From Bdellovibrionales bacterium (GTDB taxonomy: Bacteria; Bdellovibrionota; Bdellovibrionia; Bdellovibrionales; JAMPXM01), in assembly GCA_043739185.1 (NCBI GenBank), contig JAYUEN010000417.1:1-33304 (forward strand): a DNA stretch of 33,304 nucleotides, read 5' to 3'. The translations under genes were made by a program, and so were the position numbers. Positions 26,125 through 33,304 of the stretch are shown piece by piece. Position 1 is the stretch's first letter. Every line of letters starts with the position of its first letter. Below the pieces are notes generated by a model. It was given only the letters and a program-made list of their open reading frames with translations. It was not told the origin of the DNA and searched no databases.

Positions 26125-28388
26125 TAAAATTCTCCCCGTACGCCAAGTGTCGGCAAAATCGGAAGGCCATTCACAGTGGTATTTTGTAGATAGTTAAATG
26201 AATAAGTAATCGACTCTGGATTCTTATTATTCGTAATGTTTTGAATATCGAGATAGGCGGACAAGATCCAAGTATCGTATATCCACTTTTTATCAATACG
26301 CACATCGAGTGAAAAAAACGGCCCGAAGCGAGAAGAATAAATAGAACCACGAATGGGATTGTAAACATCATTGTCACTATCAAATACAGAACCCAGCACT
26401 GGAGTATTTGGATCACCCGTGACATATCGAAGCCGGCCTGAGTACTTCCAGTTTTCATGATCTCGACTTAGCACCCAATTGAAATTATGAGTTTGATCAT
26501 ATTGAAAATCGAAAGTACCAAAATTGGGCTGAGTTCGCGTGCTCTTTGATAGGGTATAAGAAATAAAAGAATTCAAAGCTTTGGATTGCCAACGAAGCAA
26601 AAACTCAACTCCGTAGGCCTGACCCGAGCCATTATTATTGTAGTGCTCGGGGATACCAAGCGCGTTTAGATTTGCAGACTGAATCACTAAATTTCGAAAA
26701 TCTCGATAAAAAGGTCCGGCGCTGAGATTAAAGCCACTCGGATTATTTTGCTTAAAATCTTTTTCAATGCCTAAGGCCGCGTGAATGGCATAGGGTGCTG
26801 TCAAATTTGAGTTGCCATAGACCGCATCGATCTCTTGCGCTTGTGGCGGTTGATAATAAATTCCTGTAGCCGCTTTAAATGAGAGACTTTCTGAGAATTG
26901 ATAATGATCGGCTAAGCGTGGAGCCAGCAAGGGCTGATGAGTTTCAGTAAAATAATCAAAGCGCAAACTTGGCATAAATTTGTTTTCTGGTGCAAACATT
27001 TCAAAAACATTTTTAAAATAGGTCCCAAAATCTAAATCATCGCGGCCAACATCTGCATTCAAAAAAGATGAGCTTGAAATCGGACTTGCGACTCCTCCGG
27101 GGCGACTGACAACCGGCAATCTAAACGCATAGTTGATGTGGTCATAGCTTGTATCGATGCCAAAATTCGAAATCCAAGATTTTGAAAATTTTTGTTCGAG
27201 ATCGATTCTCAAATCGAGAGTATACGTAGCGATTTTAAAATAGTTGGAGCCAAAATCAATTTGAAACCAATCGCGCCCAAGTCCTAGTGCCATTTTAGTT
27301 TGAGTTTCATCTGAAATTTTATGCGTCCATTGCGGCATCAATCTTACAAATGAAGTCTCATTGTCAAAATCACCCCGAATCGAAGGATCGGTTTTAACCG
27401 GCTGTTTGAAAACAAATTTGAGCTCGTCATGAGAGGTGATGCTGGTCAATTTAAAATCATCGGTCGAAGACAAATGATTGAGATAAATCGCCGAGAAATC
27501 ATAAAAGCTTGGCGCCACCGTCAAATCAACTTGATCATTTCCTTTGAGTGCCGCCGCTAAAATAAAACCAAGATAAGAATAGCGCCCGCTTACCAAATAA
27601 GTGCTATGATCATTGATTGGGCCCTCAATCAGTCCGCCAGATTTCATCGTATCAATAAAGGCAAGACCTTTGAGGCGATCACTGGCAGGGGACTTGGTAT
27701 GAAGTCCCACGATGCCACCCATAGCACTTGAATACTCAGGCCCATAGCCTGCGCTAAAATAATCTACTGATTCAATTTCTTCTGGCATCACCACTGAAGT
27801 CAAACCTCCAAAATGAAAAACCAATGGGACATTGAGCTCATCTATAAAATACTGAGTATCCTGGGGTGCAGATCCTTGTATAATAATGTTTGAAGAAAAC
27901 CCGGTGCGCGCGACCCCAGGCAAATTCTGCACAGCTTTGACCGGATCGCCATTGGCCCCTGGCATAGTTAAAAATTCTTCGCGCCCCAAGGAGCGAACCA
28001 CAACATCACTTCGATTTGCTTTCTCGGTAATTGTGGTTTCATAAGTTTGATAGGATTGCTTTTCAAGATAAACGGTGATTTCGACATCTTCTTTTAATGT
28101 CATCACTTTCTCTAATTTTTTATACCCAGCTTGATTGATTAATAAATTGATTTCAGCTTCAGGCACTTGCTCAAAACTAAATTCACCCTTTTCATTGGTG
28201 GTGGCTTTAAATTTTTGCGGCAATATAAATATATTGATGCCTGAAAGTCTTTTCTTTGTACCTTTTTCTTTTAAGACGCCAATAATCTTTCGAGTTGGTA
28301 CCGAGGCGACAATTACCTGTGCTGAAATTGAAGTCTCACTTTGCGCGAATAAACTAGTGGCATAAAATAAAATGAGTACCTTTAAAAT
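26124..28388 (-). CDS. TonB-dependent receptor with N-terminal carboxypeptidase-regulatory-like domain (probable ATT start)
   Basis: Plug motifs PGANGDPVKAVQNLPGV, FHFGGL.SV, GYGPEYSSAMGG; barrel ends LDVRIDK..YLDIQNITN...LGVRGEF. The frame stays open upstream of TTG 28223 and encodes a signal peptide from ATT 28388. Product call is secure; the start is inferred. Confidence 0.85.
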   Translation of the reverse strand: MLKVLILFYATSLFAQSETSISAQVIVASVPTRKIIGVLKEKGTKKRLSGINIFILPQKFKATTNEKGEFSFEQVPEAEINLLINQAGYKKLEKVMTLKEDVEITVYLEKQSYQTYETTITEKANRSDVVVRSLGREEFLTMPGANGDPVKAVQNLPGVARTGFSSNIIIQGSAPQDTQYFIDELNVPLVFHFGGLTSVVMPEEIESVDYFSAGYGPEYSSAMGGIVGLHTKSPASDRLKGLAFIDTMKSGGLIEGPINDHSTYLVSGRYSYLGFILAAALKGNDQVDLTVAPSFYDFSAIYLNHLSSTDDFKLTSITSHDELKFVFKQPVKTDPSIRGDFDNETSFVRLMPQWTHKISDETQTKMALGLGRDWFQIDFGSNYFKIATYTLDLRIDLEQKFSKSWISNFGIDTSYDHINYAFRLPVVSRPGGVASPISSSSFLNADVGRDDLDFGTYFKNVFEMFAPENKFMPSLRFDYFTETHQPLLAPRLADHYQFSESLSFKAATGIYYQPPQAQEIDAVYGNSNLTAPYAIHAALGIEKDFKQNNPSGFNLSAGPFYRDFRNLVIQSANLNALGIPEHYNNNGSGQAYGVEFLLRWQSKALNSFISYTLSKSTRTQPNFGTFDFQYDQTHNFNWVLSRDHENWKYSGRLRYVTGDPNTPVLGSVFDSDNDVYNPIRGSIYSSRFGPFFSLDVRIDKKWIYDTWILSAYLDIQNITNNKNPESITYSFNYLQNTTVNGLPILPTLGVRGEF

Positions 28389-28397
28389 AAAACTCTC

Positions 28398-29006
28398 CTA
28401 CTTCTGCAATAAAAATCGATAGGTATAACGAATGCGCGCCGCCACCGCCCCAGTTTTTACTTTCGCTGGTGTAAATTGAAACTTCAAAATCGCTTCACTT
28501 GCAGCTTCGTTTAGGCCATGACCTGGGCCTCTCATAACATCGACCTTACGAACCTTGCCGGTTTGATCAATCAGTATATCCATAACTACTGGCCCTTCGA
28601 TATTTGCTTCTTTAGCTTCTTTTGGATAAGGAACTCGAACCTCACTTGTCAGAATCGGCATGGCATCGACCAGGTATTCATCTGTAGGTATAGGCAAATC
28701 GAGATCATTGTCATTTAGCTTTATATGATCTGGCTCTTTTGCCAGCGTATTGCCAGCTTTTTCGCTTACAGCCTCGCCCTCAACTCTCAACGCCTGTTTA
28801 CTAAGACCAAAAACTTTGCGCGCTTCATTCAAAGCCTTTTTTGGTTGGCTCACCAACTTTGACTCGGTTTTAGCAAAAGGTTTTTCAAAAACCTCAAAAT
28901 CAATTCTCTCTGTTTGCCTAAAGTGAAAGTGAACCAAGCCCAAAAACAAGCAGACAACTAGGCCATGAAGAAGGCCTGAAAGCACCACGGGATTTTCGAT
29001 ATTCAA
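28398..29006 (-). CDS. tonB: Energy transducer TonB
   Basis: TM anchor SGLLHG (SxxxH), C-terminal YPKEAKEANIEGPV...G.GLNEAA..AILKFQFTPA; TTG start 1 nt after the exbD stop preferred over 29033. Confidence 0.92.
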   Translation of the reverse strand: MNIENPVVLSGLLHGLVVCLFLGLVHFHFRQTERIDFEVFEKPFAKTESKLVSQPKKALNEARKVFGLSKQALRVEGEAVSEKAGNTLAKEPDHIKLNDNDLDLPIPTDEYLVDAMPILTSEVRVPYPKEAKEANIEGPVVMDILIDQTGKVRKVDVMRGPGHGLNEAASEAILKFQFTPAKVKTGAVAARIRYTYRFLLQK

Positions 29007-29007
29007 T

Positions 29008-29424
29008 TTATTTCTTTTCAATTTGTATGGCAAATTTACTCAGCCCTGCTGACTTAATGATGTCGATGGCCCGAACGACATTACCATATTCTGTATTTGT
29101 ATCGGCGCTAATTATCGCTTGGGTTTCAGGTTGCGATCTCATGGTATCACCTACCACCAATTTTAAATTTTCTTCGCTTGAAACTACGCCATTCAAAATG
29201 ATTTGCCCATTTTTGTTAATAGCGATCGCAAGATGACTCATAGATTTTGAATCTGAGCTTGCCGCTTTCGGCAAATGCAGATTTAAAATATCCTTCGCAA
29301 TAATAGGTGCAGTCACCATGAAAATGACCAATAAAACCAAAACCACATCAACAAAGGGGGTTACATTGATACCGGCAATCAGTGGGTCATTTTCTAAATC
29401 TGAGGCTGAATTTTGAAATTGCAT
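29008..29424 (-). CDS. exbD: Biopolymer transporter ExbD/TolR
   Basis: INVTPFVDVVLVLLVIFMVTAP, LPKA, ISAD....YG.VV..ID. Confidence 0.94.
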   Translation of the reverse strand: MQFQNSASDLENDPLIAGINVTPFVDVVLVLLVIFMVTAPIIAKDILNLHLPKAASSDSKSMSHLAIAINKNGQIILNGVVSSEENLKLVVGDTMRSQPETQAIISADTNTEYGNVVRAIDIIKSAGLSKFAIQIEKK

Positions 29425-30039
29425 TTAAACTTTTTCTTTATGCGCAATAAAAAAATCTTTTAGGATTTCTGCGCTCAACATTTGGTTTCGAATATGAGAT
29501 GAAAATGAATTATATGCAATGACTGCGGGAATAGCCACAAACAATCCTGCTGCGGTTGCATAAAGTGCTTGAGAAATTCCTGACATCACACTTGTTGCGG
29601 CACCTTGATTATCTGCAAGCGCAGCAAAGGATCGAATAATTCCCAGAACGGTCCCAAAAAGACCAATAAAGGGCGCATTGGCTCCGAGAGTTGCAAGCAC
29701 TGACATCCCTTTTTCAAGCTTCATTTTTTCTTTTACAAGAATGCATTTTATACTGCGATCGATGGCCTCGGCCTTAGCGCCACGCATGGCCATAGCAGAA
29801 TTAAGGACCTGAGCCGTAATCAAATCTGGATTATTTTTTTCCCAAAGCTCAAGTTTGGACCACTGCGCCTGACTTATCAAAGCTTCAATTTGCGAAGATT
29901 CAGTCTCGCTCCAACGCTTAAAGCCATTTAGTTTTCTCTTGGTGGCAATCATAATGCTCACCGACCAAACTGATAGCCCCATTAAGCCCAGCAGAACCAG
30001 TTTCTCGAGCACTTCGGTTGCGAGAAGTAGAGCGGACAT
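29425..30039 (-). CDS. exbB: MotA/TolQ/ExbB proton channel
   Basis: LATLGANAPFIGLFGTVLGII, GISQALYATAAGLFVAIPAV.AYN; ATG 30039 with AAGGA SD. Confidence 0.94.
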   Translation of the reverse strand: MSALLLATEVLEKLVLLGLMGLSVWSVSIMIATKRKLNGFKRWSETESSQIEALISQAQWSKLELWEKNNPDLITAQVLNSAMAMRGAKAEAIDRSIKCILVKEKMKLEKGMSVLATLGANAPFIGLFGTVLGIIRSFAALADNQGAATSVMSGISQALYATAAGLFVAIPAVIAYNSFSSHIRNQMLSAEILKDFFIAHKEKV

Positions 30040-30178
30040 TGAAATTTCCTTACTCGAAGCCCCATTTAGAGCAACGCATTTCTTAAAATCTATTTCACAA
30101 ATCAAGATGAGTTATGGTCCAATAAGTCTAGAACTGAAATCGGTAAAATTGCCAACAAAATAAGTGGGTCTAATCAAT

Positions 30179-32020
30179 ATGCAGAAAAAAATAAATGACT
30201 TCGTGCTCGAAATTGCAACTGTCAACGGCAGCGGGAGCCAATCAGCCAATAATATTTTACTTAAATCCCTTTTCAGAATGGGAATCCCAGTTGGCGGAAA
30301 GAATTTGTTCCCGTCAAATATTGCAGGTTTACCGACATGGTTTACGATTCGTGCCAATGCAAAGGGCTATACTGCCCGAAGGGAAGACGTCGATATAGTC
30401 GTTGCGATGAACGCCCAAACTCTTCTTGAAGATGTGCGCAAAGTAAAACCTGGTGGAGTTTTCATTTACAATAGTGACCTCAAGATTAAGGTAGAAGGAC
30501 TAAGACAAGATATTCAAAATATCGGAGTCGATTTCAAGCAATTGGTTGATCAAGCCACTGATCAAATAAAAATCAAAAAACTCTTAATCAATATGGTTTA
30601 TGTAGGAGTGCTCTCTCATCTTTTAAAAATTGATTCTGAAATCTTGCATGCCACAGTGAAAGATACTTTTAAGGGTAAGGACAAAGTCTTAGATAGCAAT
30701 TTCAAAGCGCTCGAAGTGGGTCGCAACTATGCGATTGCAAATTTGAATACTGAATTTCCTTATGGTTCAGAAAAGATGAATGCAAATCAAGGGAAAATTT
30801 TGGTCGAGGGCAATCTTGCCGCAGCTATGGGAATGGTTTTTGGCGGCTGCACTTTTGTTTCTTGGTATCCGATTACTCCATCGAGCTCAGTTGCTGAGAA
30901 TTTTATTTCGCTTGCAGAAAAGTATCGCAAAGATGCTACAGGCAAAAACACTTTTGCAGTTGTGCAAGCCGAAGACGAACTCGCAGCCATTAGTATGGTT
31001 GCAGGTGCTAGCTGGGCCGGTGCGCGCGCGATGACTGCGACCAGTGGTCCCGGATTAAGTCTCATGTCTGAAGCCGCCGGATTATTTTACTATGCTGAAA
31101 TTCCCGGAGTGATCTGGGACATTCAAAGAGTCGGTCCGTCAACCGGGCTACCAACTCGTACTATGCAGGCAGATATCACACTTGCGCACTATATGAGTCA
31201 TGGCGATACCAAACACATTTTATTATTCCCAGGCACAGTCGAAGAATGCTTTGATTTTGGTGGTGTCGCTTTTGATCTCGCCGAACGCTTGCAAACTCTT
31301 GTCATTGTAATGAGCGATTTAGATCTTGGGATGAACTATTGGATAGCAAACGAATTTAATTATCCTGAAAAACCCTTTGATCGTGGCAAGGTTTTAACTG
31401 CCGCCCAACTCGATAAAATGACATCTTATCAACGCTATGGCGATCCGGACGGCGATGCGATCAGCCACCGAACTTTACCCGGAACGCGCTCTGATAAAGC
31501 CGCATTTTTAACTCGTGGATCAGGTCACAATGAAAACGCACAGTATACCGAGAGCTCACCTCAATATCTCAAAGTTCTTGAGCGCATTGCGCGCAAATAT
31601 GATACGGCCCGAAGCCTCGTGCCAAAGCCATTTGTTGATTCTGCTGCCAAAGCAAAAGTCGGAATCATTGCCTTTGGTTCAAGCGATGCCCCGATGAAAG
31701 AAACAAGAGATCTTTTGACTGCTCAAAATATCCCAACAGATTATTTGCGTCTGCGCGCGCTCCCTTTCACCTCTGAAGTAGAGGACTTTATAAAATCTCA
31801 TGAGCGCATTTACGTTGTAGAGCAAAACCGCGACGGCCAAATGCTCGATCTTTTGCGCGCTGAATATTTTGAATACTCTTTGAAACTCCGAAGCGTCAGA
31901 CACTACGATGGCCTTCCAATTTATGCGCTCACTTTGCTTGCGCAAATTTCAGAACAAGAAAAACATGGACCAAGCTGGGCAAAGAAAAAATCGCCAGCGT
32001 CAACGGAGGCTTCAATATGA
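30179..32020 (+). CDS. 2-oxoacid:ferredoxin oxidoreductase alpha subunit (fused gamma domain)
   Basis: NGSGSQSAN, WYPITPSS, QAEDELAA, TATSGPG.SLM.E, QRVGPSTGLPT, VVEQN..GQM. Confidence 0.94.
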   Translation: MQKKINDFVLEIATVNGSGSQSANNILLKSLFRMGIPVGGKNLFPSNIAGLPTWFTIRANAKGYTARREDVDIVVAMNAQTLLEDVRKVKPGGVFIYNSDLKIKVEGLRQDIQNIGVDFKQLVDQATDQIKIKKLLINMVYVGVLSHLLKIDSEILHATVKDTFKGKDKVLDSNFKALEVGRNYAIANLNTEFPYGSEKMNANQGKILVEGNLAAAMGMVFGGCTFVSWYPITPSSSVAENFISLAEKYRKDATGKNTFAVVQAEDELAAISMVAGASWAGARAMTATSGPGLSLMSEAAGLFYYAEIPGVIWDIQRVGPSTGLPTRTMQADITLAHYMSHGDTKHILLFPGTVEECFDFGGVAFDLAERLQTLVIVMSDLDLGMNYWIANEFNYPEKPFDRGKVLTAAQLDKMTSYQRYGDPDGDAISHRTLPGTRSDKAAFLTRGSGHNENAQYTESSPQYLKVLERIARKYDTARSLVPKPFVDSAAKAKVGIIAFGSSDAPMKETRDLLTAQNIPTDYLRLRALPFTSEVEDFIKSHERIYVVEQNRDGQMLDLLRAEYFEYSLKLRSVRHYDGLPIYALTLLAQISEQEKHGPSWAKKKSPASTEASI

Positions 32021-33066
32021 GTACTACAGAAACAACGACTCCCGTCGCCACCAAAAATCGCATCGGTCTTGAACGCGCCTCTTATACCGGGAGCAAATCA
32101 ACTCTTTGTACCGGCTGCGGTCATGACACAATTACGAACCACATAATCTCAGCATTTTACCAATCCGATATTGATCCTTATGATGTAGCCAAAATGTCAG
32201 GTATTGGCTGTTCGAGTAAAACCCCTGCCTACTGGCTTTCAAAGTCATCTGGTTTTAATTCGATTCACGGTCGAATGGCTCCGGTTGCTACTGGCGCCAA
32301 AGTTGCCAATCCAAAGTTGATTACACTTGGAGTAAGCGGAGACGGCGATACTGCAAGCATCGGGCTTGGCGGATTTGTGCATATGATTCGCAGAAATATC
32401 CCAATGGCTTACTTAGTCGCCAACAATGGCGTTTACGGACTCACCAAGGGTCAGTTTTCAGCAACCTCTGATCTCAATTCAACGCAAAAAAACGGCTTGG
32501 CAAATCCCTTTCACAGTATTGATTTGTGCTCACTTGCAATTGAGTTGGGATGCACTTTTGTCGCGCGCTCATTTTCGGGCGATGGCAAACAATTGGTTCC
32601 ACTTATTCAGGCAGCACTCAAACACAGCGGAATGGCTTTCATTGATATCATTTCTCCTTGTGTGACTTTTGCAAATCACGAAGGCGCCACCAAATCCTTT
32701 ACCGCTGTTCGCGAACACAATGTTCAACTTCAAGAGCTGGGCTTTGTGCATGCCACAGAAGAGAAAGTCGTCGACTATGCCGAGGGCACGACCGAAAGTG
32801 TTGAAATGCAAGATGGCTCACGCTTAGTTCTTCGCAAACTCGATTCACGAAAACACGATTTGCATGATGGTAGCAATGCCATTTCAGTTTTGCGGGAGTC
32901 GCGCGCGAAAGGTGAAATCCTCACCGGCCTATTTTATTTTAAAGCCGGTGAACAAAATTTTATGCAAACTTTGAATCTTTGCGATACTCCCCTTCCCTTT
33001 TTAACAGCTAAGGAAGTACGACCCTCTCGTGAAGTTTTCAGTAAACTCATGAGTGAATTGAAATAG
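32017..33066 (+). CDS. 2-oxoacid:ferredoxin oxidoreductase beta subunit
   Basis: CTGCGH, SGIGCSS, HGR, TPP motif GDGD...NNGVYGLTKGQ, SPCVTF; ATGA overlap with the alpha subunit. Confidence 0.94.
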   Translation: MSTTETTTPVATKNRIGLERASYTGSKSTLCTGCGHDTITNHIISAFYQSDIDPYDVAKMSGIGCSSKTPAYWLSKSSGFNSIHGRMAPVATGAKVANPKLITLGVSGDGDTASIGLGGFVHMIRRNIPMAYLVANNGVYGLTKGQFSATSDLNSTQKNGLANPFHSIDLCSLAIELGCTFVARSFSGDGKQLVPLIQAALKHSGMAFIDIISPCVTFANHEGATKSFTAVREHNVQLQELGFVHATEEKVVDYAEGTTESVEMQDGSRLVLRKLDSRKHDLHDGSNAISVLRESRAKGEILTGLFYFKAGEQNFMQTLNLCDTPLPFLTAKEVRPSREVFSKLMSELK

Positions 33067-33236
33067 TCGTCGGGAATGGTATTAGCTTGTTCGTCCCCCC
33101 CCCAACTCTCCGTTGGTATGCGGCAGCAAGCTGTTCAAAGGCCATAATTTTTTTATTTGGTCGCGTTTCCTATGTAGAATTCAAAGCAGTTTTCGCGACA
33201 GCCGCAGCGGGTTCTTTCTTCTTATAGTTGAATTCC

Positions 33237-33245
33237 TGTGGATAA
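33237..33245 (-). promoter_or_regulatory. Consensus DnaA box (TTATCCACA)
   Basis: TGTGGATAA on the + strand in non-coding DNA; single copy only. Confidence 0.3.
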
Positions 33246-33304
33246 GTATTTTTAAGCTTTTGCGTTATTTGGGAGTTTTTCGGGTCTGGTTTTGGACTTA
33301 AAAA

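Noticed and set aside
26124..28223. TBDR as a 5'-truncated pseudogene or starting at TTG 28223
   Set aside because: The upstream frame is intact, with signal peptide, domain continuation and a well-placed SD.
30040..30178. Fur box or cobalamin riboswitch upstream of exbB
   Set aside because: No GATAATGATAATCATTATC-like palindrome; region too short and lacks a B12 box.
6864..32811. Numerous 60-170 aa antisense or alternate-frame ORFs inside long genes (e.g. 8388-8909, 9588-9965, 30787-31065)
   Set aside because: Shadow ORFs of well-supported CDSs with no independent motifs.

Overview
Core-genome window from a Bdellovibrionota-like (probably Bdellovibrionales) bacterium. The assignment rests on the lpxC-ruvBAC-TPR-efp-TPR-tamB-Omp85 synteny and a Bd0427/PopA-like porin, both recalled from B. 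bacteriovorus. Gene content in order: lpxC (5' part), small lipoprotein, ruvB/A/C, TPR protein, efp, Bd2492-like TPR + TamB + 7-POTRA Omp85, HNH protein, bolA-grxD, hot-dog thioesterase, DUF2892, a REC-PilZ-like/REC/HK/Hpt phosphorelay coupled to a D-2-hydroxyglutarate dehydrogenase facing serA, a sigma54 activator, a divergent CdsA-like + PlsC-like pair, a PopA-like porin, an ExbB-ExbD-TonB-TBDR-lipoprotein operon and a 2-oxoacid:ferredoxin oxidoreductase alpha/beta pair. Signals the ORF track misses: (1) two ~163-bp palindromic MITE copies with TAA/TTA target duplications and compensatory base changes; (2) a TBDR whose signal peptide lies upstream of any ATG/GTG/TTG, implying an ATT start in frame with the tonB TAG; (3) a sigma54 -24/-12 promoter with IHF-like and enhancer-like sites before lpxC; (4) dispersed intergenic arrays with CNG every 6-7 nt. 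The best candidate for an undescribed system is the TonB/TBDR/lipoprotein/PopA-like locus facing atypical phospholipid enzymes (possible lipid salvage). No rRNA, tRNA, CRISPR array or transposase was seen. All alignments were done by eye.
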